From Hemiscyllium ocellatum (taxonomy: Eukaryota), in assembly GCF_020745735.1 (NCBI RefSeq), contig NW_026867453.1, positions 62,001-126,000 on the forward strand: DNA of 64,000 nucleotides. The letters run 5' to 3'. The notes beneath the pieces are model-generated. The model made no database searches. It was not told the DNA's origin and was given only the letters and a program-made list of their open reading frames with translations. The position numbers were made by a program, and so were the translations under genes. This document shows, in pieces, positions 1 through 12,022 of the stretch (the stretch's first letter is position 1; every line of letters starts with the position of its first letter).

Positions 1-249
1 ACAGTTAATTCTTGTCTTGATTATTTCAGAAACTATAACTAAAAATTCCTATTTTTAACCAAGTTTCAAATATTATTAAAAGTTGCAGCACTGGCATTTC
101 CTACAGTGAGCGTTGTGGTGTTTAAATGTTCTGGTCAAAATTTGCTTCAAGCAGAAGACTGAACCATTGGTTTCTCCGAGTTCCCAGCCACTGCCCTTGC
201 AGTTCCATAATAACTGCAAGCTATTGATAAGCCCCAGAATGAACAGAAT

Positions 250-1370
250 GTCCAGGCCCTGTACACATCCAAACGCCATGATGGAGGCCTCGAAGCCCTC
301 AGTTTCTTCCTGTCACGCCAACCCAAGCAGTACATGCTCAACCTCAACTGCATTTCCTTTCAATCCTCCCACTTCCTCCAAACCAAAGGGGTAGCCATGG
401 ACCCCAGCTATGCCTGCCTCTTCGTCAGATATGTGGAACAGTCAATCTTCCACAGCTACACCGGTATCATTGCCCACCTTTACCACAGCTACATTGATGA
501 CTGTATCAATGCCACCTCATGCAACCACTAGGAGGTTGAACAGTTCATTAACTTTACGAAAACCTTCCACCCTGACCTAAACTTTACAGGGACCATCTCG
601 GACACCTCCCTCCCTTTCCTAGACCTCTCCATCTCTATCTCCAGTGACCAACTAAACATTTACTACAAGCCCACTGACTCCCACAGCTACCTGGACTACA
701 CCTCCTCCCACCCGACCTCAGGTAAAAATGCCATCCTTTATTCTCAATTCCTCTGCCTCCACCGCATCTGCTCCCAGGAGGTCCAGTTCCACCATAAAAC
801 ATCCCAGATCCTTTATCAAAGAATGCAATTTCCCCTCCCACGTGGTCGATGATGCCTTGAACCCCATCCCTCCAATCGCAACGGGGACCCCTCCTGGTCC
901 TCATCTTCCACCGCACCAACCTTGCATACATCATATCATCCTCTGCTGCTTCCACCACTGTAAACAGACCCCATCACTCAGGGTATATTTCCCTCCCTAC
1001 ACCTATCTGCATTCCGGAGACACCATTCCCTCCACGACTCCCTCGTCAGGTCCATGCCCCCCACCAGCCCACTCCCCACCCCTGTCACCTTCCCCTGTCA
1101 CCACAGGAAGTGCAAAACCTGCGCCCACACCTCCCCCTCACCTCCGACAAGGCCCCAAATGATCCTTCCACATCCCACAGAAACTTATCTATACTTCCAC
1201 AAATGTCATCCACTGTGTCTATTCCACCTGATGTGGTCTCCTCTGCATCAGGGAGACAGGACACTAACTTGCGGATCATTTCAGAGAACATCTCTGGGAC
1301 ACCCGTGCCAACCAACCCCACGGCCCCGTGGCTGAACACTTTAACTCCCCCTCCCACTCCACCAAGAACA
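250..1370 (+). mobile_element. Penelope-like retroelement (PLE) remnant: RT C-terminal part plus start of GIY-YIG endonuclease, frameshifted
   Basis: Fragments translate to [24 protein letters not shown]...YIDD (PLE RT motifs) and TFPCHHRKCKTCAHT / IYFHKCH..CIRETG..LADHFREH (GIY-YIG region). Boundaries approximate. Confidence 0.85.
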
Positions 1371-4300
1371 GCCGGTCATATTCCTGTTCAATTCCAATGA
1401 ATAAATACAAAATAACCGAGTCTGAATTTGGGATGATATTAATAGGATTTATTTCAATCTAAGCATGAACAGATTATTTTGACTTAACAGGTGGAGAAAT
1501 TCACTTCCTGAAAAAGCAGCTCAAGTGATATAAGCTGGCACCAAACCGAGTTTGGTCAATACTGAGGCAAAAGTACAGCATCCAGTCTTGAGTGAAATAA
1601 ATAAAGAAACTATCTTAACCCCGGAACAAGATAGAGTGTATTAAATATGAACAAAGACTCGAGTATTTTAGGATATAATAGAAAAGTAATTTATAGTATA
1701 TTGAAATGCAAACAGAGATGTGAAGTCTCTACATTCTTCCTAGCTAAATTAATCATTTCAGAAATGCCTTTGTTAATTTTCATGTATCACTCGTCGGTCC
1801 ATTCCACGAACCTTGCGAGGTCCTTGTTAAATTCTGAACCATCAGGCGATGGTTCACAGTGGTTGCGAGTTTCATGTTACAGCAAATTGTGATGTCGTCC
1901 ACTGTATGCCAATGTCTTAGTTAAAAATTTGAAGCAATCACAGCTCCAAACATTTACAAAATATCACTATGGATCTTCCTTGAGTCCAAAAAAAATCCCT
2001 TTGATCAATGATTTCTAAAATTTGTTCCCATATCTTTTTTTGAAGGACGTTTTCAAATAACTTGAAGTGCAAATGGTTCACATCAGTCGGAATACAGTAA
2101 CATTTCATGTGTTACCCCACACAAAAAAAATCAAGCAATTTTGTTATCACGAGTTGTTCTAAGCAAGTCTAGGATGGACTGTTTTATCAAACAAAATCAT
2201 TTCCAACGTTGTGAGGGCTCGTCTATCTTCTGTGCAATGGTCTGAATTTTGTATCTGAATGCAGATGTAACTGGCTGCTCTGGGTAAAAGTACAGTTTGT
2301 GCCTTTCACATTGTTAATGTATATTGCTGACTTTAGTTGAATAAAGTGATGTTGTCCCAGGCATCGTCTGGCACCATTAATTAGACCATTAATTTCCACA
2401 TTGCTAGCTGGAGAGTCAGGTGGAGTTTATTAATATCATTGAACCGAAGGCTTGGAATATTTCCGGTATGAATCATGTGAATTAGAGCCTCTGAATGAGA
2501 CAAAGTAGGAAAGATGAATTGAGGAAAGATGAAGTTTTCACGACAGAGAGAGATCACTTCGCCCATCACACCTGTATCATGTGAAAACAGAACCTTCCAG
2601 CCAACACCCACTTTATAGCATGTTGTCCATAACCCTGCAGGTGATAGCACTTGAAGTAAACATTCAGGAACATTGTGTAGGGTCTAATCCATTATCAACA
2701 TAGATATGATCTCCAATGCTGTAAATCCTGGCTTATGGGGAAAAAAGTAGGGGCAGAACGCCCATTTCTAAACGTTGTTTCTCAGGACGTTTTGACAATT
2801 CTTGACTTAATATCATTGTAAACTGACATGAAAAAAATGCAGACATGTTCCCCAGAAATGCTGACAGCAACATACCTTTACTCAGTCAAGATCAGCAAGA
2901 TGAATTAAGAAAGTTTTAAAAAATCTTTCTTTTAACTGATTATTGGCAACACGGATTTCACAAAGTGAAAAGTACAGAAGGGAAGGGTGGAGGGCTGGGT
3001 GTGGACAATGTTCACTTGTGAGAAACAAAGCTCACACACTTCAATAATTTCAGTTCGAGACAAAATCTGAATCAGTGGTGCCCTTTACTTTACTCTTGCA
3101 AGATGGTGTGATGTCCATGTCCACAAGGCAGGGACACACACACTGAATTCAACTAATACACAATATTTATGTAATTTGGTTTCTATATTATTATTTCATT
3201 GCTCCTCCCCTGTTTACATCTTCCACTTCCCTAAGACCGGCGCCCATTACTCCTGTTTATCTCTTGCCTTATCCAGCCTTGTCTGTGACAAAATGCTTAT
3301 TTCTGGCCTCACAAGGCTGTTTGACCTCATCCCGCTGTGGGTCATTGTTAGGCATATCCTTTCTTCACTATTATCTATTCCCTCCATCTGTGCCTTCCCC
3401 TACCATACTGATCCTTATGACCCTTTTAATTGGGGTTTGTTCCTGTGTTTCAGTAAAAGTGGGAAACAGATGTTTATACCTATTGTTTGTACAGGCGTAT
3501 CTAGCTTAACTCCCTCCCCTCACAGCATCTTATCTATTCGTCTGTAATATCTACCATTGTTTTGCAGTCACGTTTCATTCTTGCATACATTTTTAGTGAA
3601 TACAAAAACAATTATGTATTTCCTCCACATCATTTCCATTCTTGTTGACTCAGCTCTTGGCTGAAACAATTACACACTGGTGTGAGTTCATTTACTTTGT
3701 ATAAGTAATTATAATTGCAGAAGTAACACTACTTTACCTATATCCCACACACTGCTCCCTGATGTCTGGTTGCATTTGTGAGCAACAGGTGAACCTGCGA
3801 ACCAGATTCAGGATGGTATTGCAGATATTTCAGCAGATACTGTGTAAACGGAATTCTCCCATAAATCAGCAATGACATGAACATTTATTTTTTATGGTGT
3901 TTGAAGCCAAATAAAATTGAACAATATGCTGGGACAAGTTCCTTTCATTTCTTTGAACTAGTATCAAGGGACACTCTCTGTGGACCTGGGGTGGCAGGAG
4001 GATCTTTAACAGCAGAATGTGAGGGAACAAAGTTACCGTTGGAAATCCAGATAGACTGGAACTTGTTTCACTGGAGGGTGAGAGTTCGGGGGGTGACCTC
4101 ATATAAGTTTATAAAGCCATGAGTGGAAAGGTGAATGGCTCTAATTTACATGATTCATCCTGGAAATGTACGAAGCTTTCGTTTCAAAAATATCACATAT
4201 CAATAAACTCCACCTGATCCTCTGGCGAGCGATGTGGAAATTAATGGTCTAATTAATGGTGCCAGACGATGCCTGGGGCAACATCCCTTTATTCAACTAA

Positions 4301-4825
4301 AGTCAGCAATATACATTAACAATGTGAAAGGCGCAAACTGTACTTTTACCCAGAGCAGCCAGTTTCATCTGCAGTCAGACACAACTTCAAAATTCAGACC
4401 ATTGCACAGAAGATAGACAAGCCCTCACAACACTGGAAATGATTTTGTTTGATAAAAGAATTCATCGTAGACTTCCTCAGAGCAACTCATGTCAACAAAC
4501 TTGTTTTTTATGTGTGTGGGGTCACACACAAAATGTCACTTTAATACGATTGATGTGAACCACTTGCATTTCAGAAGTTATTTGAAAACGTCCATCACAT
4601 TAGATACGCGAATAAATTTTACAAATCATTGATCAAAGGAGACAATCTTTTTTGGACTCAAGGAAGATCCATAGTAATATTTTGTAAATGTTTGGAGCTG
4701 GGATTGTTCTCAATTTTTGACCCAGACATTGTCGTATTTTCCCTATGGTGGGGGATTTCAACAATAGGGAACATGTTTTACAATGAGAGGAGAAAAATTT
4801 TTAAAACGATATCAGAGACAACTTT

Positions 4826-5040
4826 TTACACAGAGAATGGTTTGTGTGTGGGATGATCTGGTGGTGGATACTTACAACCTATAGAAGACATTTGGATAAG
4901 TAAATGAATATCAAATGTTTGGAAGGATATGGGCCAAGTACACGCAGGTGGGATTAGTTTAGTTTGGGATTATGACTGGCATGGACTGGTTGGACTGAAG
5001 TGTCTGTTTCCATGCTGAATCACTCCATGACTCTATGACT
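4826..5040 (+). mobile_element. CR1-type LINE 3' end fragment
   Basis: Typical 3' UTR ending ...gtctgtttccatgctg...catgactctatgact, as in the other CR1 copies in the window. Confidence 0.7.
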
Positions 5041-6199
5041 ATTTATCAATTTTTCTCAATATTAAACAGTGCTGCAGTGATCCTCAAATGAACTGTTGAT
5101 GTTTAGGTTGTGTCTGAGACTCTGCGAATATTTCCTTCAATGAGAGGAGGGACTAGTTCTCCAAGTTTCACAACTGAAAAATAAACTTTTCTCCAGTATT
5201 GTTGCTGAGTAGATTTGTTTCTGCAGAGGCAGTGGTTATGGTCTGCAGTTTGCTTTCCACCAACTGGTCACCAGTGAGACAAAATATCTTTGATCCCCTG
5301 CAGAAACTCCACCTGCTTCCAGGAAATGAACCTGGAAACTCAAGGACCTTTTCTGCAGCAGCTTAATTGCTGCCAACGATTGTATCTGGCCGATTAAAGG
5401 GAAAATGAATCAACTAAAGTAAAATCATACCAAACAAACTATATTTTCCCATTTACTCACAATGGATACATTTCACTTGGCATTTCTTCTTTAAAAAGGA
5501 AAGTCACTGAATACAGCATTCACCGTATGACTATCAGAAACAGGACATTGAATGCAGTGACATTCTGGTTAGTTCAGCCTGTTTATTGAGTATCTTTAAA
5601 GCTCCTGAATATGAAGTTAATGGATCCAAAATCCCACATTGCAGTAACATTTGTTATCATCTCAAAGTAAATTAACAAACTTGAATTGGTTCAAACTCAC
5701 ATCACTTGGTACACCATTCTCTGATTCATTTATCTCATTAAAACTGAGTGGGCCCTTTATACATGGTTAACACTGGTGTCGTGTAACAGCGAATTTCTGC
5801 TTATTTTTATGAGTTAACTGCCCCTGTCAGAGCTATCAGTGAGCAGAGAAATGTACTGTTTATAACCTACATTCGTGGTAATGATTATTGTAATACTCTC
5901 TAATTTAACCAAACACTCCTGATGTACCCAGACAGTTACCTGCAATGGTTTAGGTGTTGAGGATTTTTTAAAAAAAGTATGGACTGTCCTGTTCTAGTTC
6001 ATTAGATGCTCTTTCAAAAGTTTACCTAGGTGTTATGTAGCACTGCCAACTCACTTTTTGTTTCTCAGGCACACAGCTTTCCTTTACTATGCATTTTAAA
6101 AAATTTGAAAAAAAAGATGCAAGGAGTCTCCTGACATTCTGCAATGTCAGGAGGTGCTTCTAATCTCCGGGTCCAAACTGTTTAGTGATATCCACTCAC

Positions 6200-6651
6200 A
6201 TTCTGAACATAATCACTTTAGTCCTGCTCCATATTAGGTTGCCTAAATGGAATTTAGAAACGCAGATTAGAAATGGGATGTTATTTTGTAAAGTGAGAGA
6301 GACGTTGAGTGACAGCAAAAATAAAGTCACTCATTTTGTTGGTTAATAATATGATTGAAGTTCTTTTTAGCTTTATCTGCTTGTGGTGGAATGTAGAATT
6401 AAAGGGAGTTAACTTCTAATTGAATATTCTGAATATAATCACTTTGGACACGCTCTGTATTCAGTTGCCTAAATTGAATTTTGAAATGTTTAGTATGAAT
6501 TACATGTTATTTTGTAGTGGGACAGAGACTGGCAGTGTCCTGGGAAATAAAAACTCAATTGTTTTACTAGCTAGTAATACGTTTGAACTTCGATTTTAGT
6601 TTTATCTGTTTGTGAATGAATGTAGAAATAAAGGGAGCTAACTTCCGAATG
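6200..6651. repeat. Diverged tandem duplication with 226-bp period upstream of the VH promoter
   Basis: attctgaacataatcacttt... at 6200 recurs as attctgaatataatcacttt... at 6426. The two copies align through to ...gaatgtagaa(t/a)taaagggag(t/c)taacttc. Confidence 0.85.
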
Positions 6652-6921
6652 AATTTATTTTAAAGCAAAATACTTGCAACTATCATGTGAAATAGACCTG
6701 AAGGTACTCAATTTTACTTCCACCATTTAAAAAAAACACTCCCAAAGAAGCTATTCAGCAAAATAAATATCCCAAGATGTGTATATATCCATGTTTAAGC
6801 ATAACCTGGTAAAGATATGCACCCATGTGTTGGGGCTGTGCAAGCTGAGACCAGGATCCAGTCTCAGTCTCCAGCAGGAAACCAACAGGCGGAAGCTGTG
6901 AGCCTGCCCTTTCCGATAGCC

Positions 6922-6929
6922 ATATAAAT
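6922..6929 (+). promoter_or_regulatory. Candidate TATA box of the VH promoter
   Basis: ATATAAAT about 90 bp upstream of the leader ATG (7016). Confidence 0.55.
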
Positions 6930-7015
6930 CCTAGGCACTGGACCGTAATTCAACACTCCGGGATCGGCTTTGTTTAGAAAGATCTTGACAGAACCGCTTC
7001 CCAGAAGTTATCAGA

Positions 7016-7064
7016 ATGATTGTGTCGACAATTTTTCTCAGTTTATTACTGACTTTCTTATCAT
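7016..7064 (+). CDS. IGHV: IgH V leader exon (MIVSTIFLSLLLTFLS, phase-1 intron)
   Basis: ATG at 7016, hydrophobic signal peptide, GTGAGT donor at 7065. Splicing to the AG acceptor at 7168-7169 gives ...[12 protein letters not shown] in frame (105-bp intron). Confidence 0.95.
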
Positions 7065-7169
7065 GTGAGTGTTTTTTTGTTTAAGTCTGTCTTTGTTGCT
7101 GTCTCAATGTTAGTCTACCTCAGGAATGTAAAAGTAATGCTCATGGTTTATTTCTTGTCTTTTTTAAAG

Positions 7170-7474
7170 GTGTCCAGTCGGAGGTTGTTTTGACCCAGCC
7201 AGAGGCAGAGACTGGCCATCCCGGAAGCAGCCTGACACTGACCTGTAAAACCAGCGGGTTCGATCTCAGCAGCAGCTACATGAGCTGGGTCCGCCAGGTT
7301 CCCGGCCAGGGTCTGGAGTGGCTGGTTAGCTACTATAGTTCATCCAGCAATAACTATGCACCAGCGATTCAGGGTCGATTTACTGCGTCCAAAGACAATT
7401 CAAACAACATTTTCTCGTTGAAAATGACTAACCTGAAGATCGAAGACACCGCCATCTATTACTGTGCAAGAGAC
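7170..7474 (+). CDS. IGHV: Shark IgM-type VH gene segment, intact and unrearranged
   Basis: (C)[101 protein letters not shown]. Both canonical Cys, WVRQ and YYCAR are present, with no stop codon. Confidence 0.97.
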
Positions 7475-7513
7475 CACAGCGAGAGGAACCAGGGCTGAAC
7501 CCGTTCAAAAACA
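7475..7513 (+). other. VH recombination signal sequence (23-bp spacer)
   Basis: Heptamer CACAGCG 7475-7481, 23-nt spacer, nonamer TCAAAAACA 7505-7513. Confidence 0.93.
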
Positions 7514-7861
7514 GCTCGAGGGAACATTTTGTCAATTCCATCATAAACTGATGGTCAGTTTGAGTTTTAAATGCAATTATACCAACTGCGATCTGAAGCA
7601 GACCTCAGGCTGCCTCTTACAAAGCTATCAAAGAGGAAATGTACCATTGAAACTAGCAAACTGGTGACACAATGGGACAATGTTTTAGGCATGTCATATG
7701 TACTGCTAACACTTCCATCAATTAAATGCTGGGACAAAATATATCTGACAGCTCAGGAAATCACTGCTAATTGTTATGTCAACTATGGCATTCATTCTAA
7801 ACATGATCAGTGCTAAATGGCTCTTTCAAATGAAAATTGAGACCTAGAGTAAAGAACAGAG

Positions 7862-7941
7862 AATGAGTGTACTGGTCTACATCATTGTGATACTACAGTG
7901 GGTCACAGTGCTGTGCACAGCGACATCCTCATACAATAACC
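7862..7941 (+). other. IGHD: DH1 segment (ATACTACAGTGGGT, 7890-7903) with 5' 12-RSS and 3' 22-RSS
   Basis: 5': CATTGTG 7883-7889, 12-nt spacer, weak nonamer AATGAGTGT 7862-7870. 3': CACAGTG 7904-7910, 22-nt spacer, ACAATAACC 7933-7941. All three frames are open (ILQW / YYSG / TTVG). Confidence 0.92.
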
Positions 7942-8244
7942 ACCGACAAGGATTTATCTCAAATTGGTGATTTCTACCGTGGCAGGAGCGAGAAATAATG
8001 TGAGCTGCAATTTAAACACAATCCAGTCGTGCTAGTTTGTACAAATGTAGAATTGTTTTCTACCTTCTTCGTGTTGATTGTCAAGTTAAATGCAGACCAA
8101 ACCTGGAAAAGTATTCCAAGCTTTCAAAATACAATGAATAGTAAAAGCTGAAATAATGCACCAAATCATTTTTCGAGGAGTCTGAATCACTGCTTTCTAG
8201 GAAGTGAAGAAATTATTTGCATTTTACAGTTTACAGTCTGTCAT

Positions 8245-8315
8245 AGTATTTGACACAACGTGTCTCACAGTGATATAGCTGGGGTGACACTGCAATTATG
8301 ATCAATACAAAAACC
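8245..8315 (+). other. IGHD: DH2 segment (ATATAGCTGGGGTGA, 8273-8287) with 12/12 RSS
   Basis: 5': nonamer AGTATTTGA 8245-8253, 12 nt, CACAGTG 8266-8272. 3': CACTGCA 8288-8294, 12 nt, perfect ACAAAAACC 8307-8315. Frames read YSWG and IAGV, and one frame has stops. Confidence 0.9.
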
Positions 8316-8642
8316 TATTCAGCCTCCATTGTTTGAATCTAGTCAGTGATTACTTCTACAAACCGTCTTAACTTGCAGTTCGGTATTAGTTCTGTGGGGT
8401 TTTATGCCAGTATCACTATTTAATTTGTAAAAGTGTTGGGTAATTATTGATACACCAGTTGGGGATTTTGAGAATCAGCTGATGTGTTACTCTGTGAAGT
8501 ATAAAACAGTATTAAAATTTATCAAGGATGATCAGAATTCACTCGCGCAATTATGTGATGAAGATTTATCGTGACTTTATTTTGCCTGTGGTTCTGAAAA
8601 TTTAAAATGATGGTAGATTTTTGATTTGTTTTATGCAGAGCT

Positions 8643-8729
8643 AGTTATTGTGTGATCCAATCCAGAGAATGTAACACTGTGACTATCTTGATGACTGGGG
8701 CCAAGGGACCATGGTGACAGTGACTTCAG
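8643..8729 (+). CDS. IGHJ: JH segment (YLDDWGQGTMVTVTS, coding 8682-8729) with 23-RSS
   Basis: Nonamer AGTTATTGT 8643-8651, 23-nt spacer, CACTGTG 8675-8681, WGQG motif, GTAAG donor at 8730. Confidence 0.96.
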
Positions 8730-9244
8730 GTAAGAACTTTGAACATTCTTAGTGACTTTTTAAAAACTTTCTATTCATGTGACTAATTTCTGAATTAAAT
8801 GAAACTCAGATTCTGTGCTGAGTTTGGTTTGGTTCGGATTGATTTTTGTTCAGACTGATTATAGACTTCAGTTAAGGCTCAGCAAATAGTTAAAATGGTG
8901 ATGATGGAGTCATTTGCTCAGTGTATCTCTTTTTTTTTTGATCAGATGGATATTCTTTGTGGCTGGGTTACTTGAAACACCTAATGTCTCTTAATCAGTC
9001 AGCTATAAATAATGTTTAATGTCAGTGACACCCTGACTGTGAGTTTTATTATCAACAACAAATGCTACGAATTCAAAGATGTTCAAGATATTACCAAACA
9101 TGACTAAAATATGCTAAAATATCATTATTCATTTCTTGAATATATGTTCTTACCATGATTATATTTTCTCATTTATTTTGTTAATTTTGTTGATGACAAG
9201 CAGGTTAGAAACTGTCATCAAAGTTTCTTGCGGTGCTATATTGC

Positions 9245-9540
9245 ATTCTGTTGATTAGATTCGGAGTTTGTTTTACTTGATTCTGTTGAATTGAGTTGAT
9301 TGGATTTTGGCTTTGTTTTAGTTGATTCGGGTTGAACTGTGTTGATTGGATTCTGACTTTGTTTTTACTTGGTTTTGTTGAATTGTGTTGATTGACTTTT
9401 GAAATGGTTTTATTTGATTCTGTTGAATTGAATTGGTTGGATTCTGATTATGTTTCATTCAAATCTGTTGTTTTGAGTTGATTGGATTCTGATTTTATTT
9501 TCTTTGATTCTGTTGAATTGAGTTGATTGGATTCTTATTC
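9245..9540. repeat. Degenerate ~44-45-bp T/G-rich tandem repeat, about 6-7 copies, in the J-C intron
   Basis: Recurring unit of the type ttgattctgttgaattgagttgattggattct(g)...ttttg/tttta. Confidence 0.8.
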
Positions 9541-11147
9541 AGTTTGTGAAATTGATCTGCGTTTTCATGCTTTCTGAGTTGGTGTTTTCTTTCTGGTGAG
9601 GAGATTGACTCTCTGGAATACTTTTCATTACCAATATTTGTGAAGTTCTTTTGTTTTTCATGAATCATTTCTGCATTTGTTAAACTTATATGACACGTTT
9701 TTCTCCGCTTGATTGAAAACAGGACATCCATTTGTAACGGTCTGAAAAACAACTTAAGGCAGAAACCCAGATGTGTGAGAAATGAAAAAAAAATGAGTTT
9801 TTAATGGATTGACTTTTTTAAAAAAACTCCGTTCTAATTGTAAACGAACTGAATTTTGTTTTGAGTAGCCTCATTCAAAATAAAATTTGGGACCTAAATC
9901 TGAAACTGCAGAATTGATCAGATCACGTAATTGAAACTAACTTAAAATTATAATGTGGTAATATTTGTCCATTCAGTAATTTTGTTTTGACCATGAGGTG
10001 ATTAATCAATATATGCCTTCAACCCCACTCTACTGTGCGCTGCACAAGATTGTCATGATCAGGAAGGGTGTGCAGGTTAGAAATAAATTGAACTATTGCC
10101 AGAAACGTTACAGCTTTAAGTGTTAAGTCCCCTCAAAACAAGGTTGCTATTATGACCTGTTATTTCTATTCAATTTAATCATTAGTTTGCTTGATTCTGA
10201 GCAGCTTTGTTAGACTTCAATTTGGTTTTATTTGTGAGGTGACATCATGTTCTTGGTTCTGTTGAAAATGTTTGCAGAGCTAGTTCTGCTGCAAACACAC
10301 CGTGTTGTGATCTGGTGATCGTTGATCTGTTGAGGAGGGACTGTGCTTGGGTAACATTAAATGTGTTATATTTGGGAAACCGTTTCTGGTTTCGACATTG
10401 TTTTTGCAATGTTAACACGGTTGGTGACAGTGAACTGCTCTTTCCTCATTCAATGCAATCAGCATGCGAGTTAAAATTTCATAAAGTCTATTATAAAGTG
10501 AAAGGCAAATCGCACAGGTTTTAGAAATGAAGGGAAAACAGATACCTTCAGGTGCTATTTTTACTTAAAATAAATAATTAAGGATTAATCTAATCCATGC
10601 TTTACAATCCAAATTCGAAACTCAACTATCTAGTTCAATCACAAAGTCTGTCTTTAAACAGTTTACAAGTCATAGAGAAATATAAATAGAATTTCAAAAG
10701 TCTAATGTTCTAATAGTTCTTGCTCTTGAGCAAAAATGCCATGACTGTGCTATAATTGATCAAGAAACACCTTTCAATTCCGCTGTACACTACATACATA
10801 TTTTTCTGGCTGGAAAAGATCATTGGCAAAGACCATTTGGAAATTCTGCTCAATTCTATGTAGAACAGATCAGTTTCACTGCTTTGATCAGTTTCACATA
10901 TAACTTGAGTTAATTAATTGTTATGTCCCTGATTAAACTGGATTTGCAGGATAAAAATAAAACATTAACTGAATTATTTAACCTGCACAGTGCTTTAGGT
11001 GTTCCCAATCTGTGCATTTTAAATAAATAGTTACATTTTACAACAAAATATCAACTGAAGAGTCATTCTTCAGGAAACAACTGCTATAGTGAATTATGTG
11101 ACCAACCAAATTTCGAATTAATTAAAGTAATCCACTCATGAACTCCA

Positions 11148-11490
11148 GGGCAGCATGGTGGCTCAGTGATTGGCATTGCTGCCTCACAGCGCCAGGGTCC
11201 CAAATTTGATTCCACCCTCGGGTGACTGCCTGTGTGGAGTTTGCACATTCTCCCTGTGTCTGTGTGGGTTTCCTTCGAGTGCTGTGGTTTCCTACCACAG
11301 TCCAAAAGATGTGCAGGTCAGGTGATTGTGCAGTTTAGCACAGCCATAGTGTTCAGGGATGTCTAGGTTAGGGTGCATTAGTCAAGGACAAATATAAATT
11401 AGGGGGAATGGGTCTGGGTGGGCGACTTACTGTTCAGAGGGTCAGTGTGGAATTGTTGGGCCAAATGGCCTGTTTCCATACTGTAGGAAC
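11148..11490 (+). mobile_element. tRNA-derived V-SINE (HE1-like)
   Basis: 5' gggcagcatggtggctcagtg (A box), central gactgcctgtgtggagtttgcacattctccc domain, CR1-derived 3' tail gggccaaatggcctgtttcc. Confidence 0.88.
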
Positions 11491-11733
11491 TCTCCTCTTA
11501 AAACCATGGGAGTACTTGCTGCAAACGCAGAAAATTCATTTTACATCGATGTGTTCAGGCGTATGCAGAGTTCACAAATTTGCAGAAGACATGAACTAGA
11601 GGATAACAGAGCACATTGTTTATTCAAACACTGAAAATAGAGTAATATTTATTTTAATTAATATACTTGATCGATTTATTGCAATGTAGCGATCTGAAGG
11701 AATCTGCTCACATTAGTTCAGTGTGACAATCAT

Positions 11734-12022
11734 TTAGATTAGATTTCCTGCAGTATGTATCAGGCCATTTGGCCCAACAAGTCCACACCGACCCTCTGAA
11801 GAGGAACCCATCCAGACCCATTCCCCTACCCTATATTTACCCCTGACTGATGCACCTAACACTATAGACAATATAGCATGACCAGTTCACCTGACTTGCA
11901 CATCTTTGGATTTTGGGAGGAAATCCACACAGACACAGGGGAGATTGTGTAAACTCCACATAGGCCATCACCCGAGGCTGGAACCGAGCCTGGGTACCTG
12001 GATCTGTGAGGCAGCAGTGCCA
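11734..12022 (-). mobile_element. V-SINE (HE1-like)
   Basis: Reverse complement of the same central domain and tail. Forms an inverted pair with the 11148 copy. Confidence 0.85.

Noticed and set aside
3745-3865. Cys-rich peptide fragments (GCICEQ; CEPDSGWYCRY) resembling a CD300/TNFR/TIL-like exon
   Set aside because: The motifs are in different frames and bounded by stops, with no convincing splice sites or domain-length match.
10270-10440. Possible vestigial second JH: tgcagagctagtt (as upstream of the JH nonamer) and ggtgacagtga (as in VTVT)
   Set aside because: The spacing is not collinear with the real JH (149 versus 78 bp), and there is no heptamer, WGxG motif or splice donor. Short matches of this kind can arise by chance.
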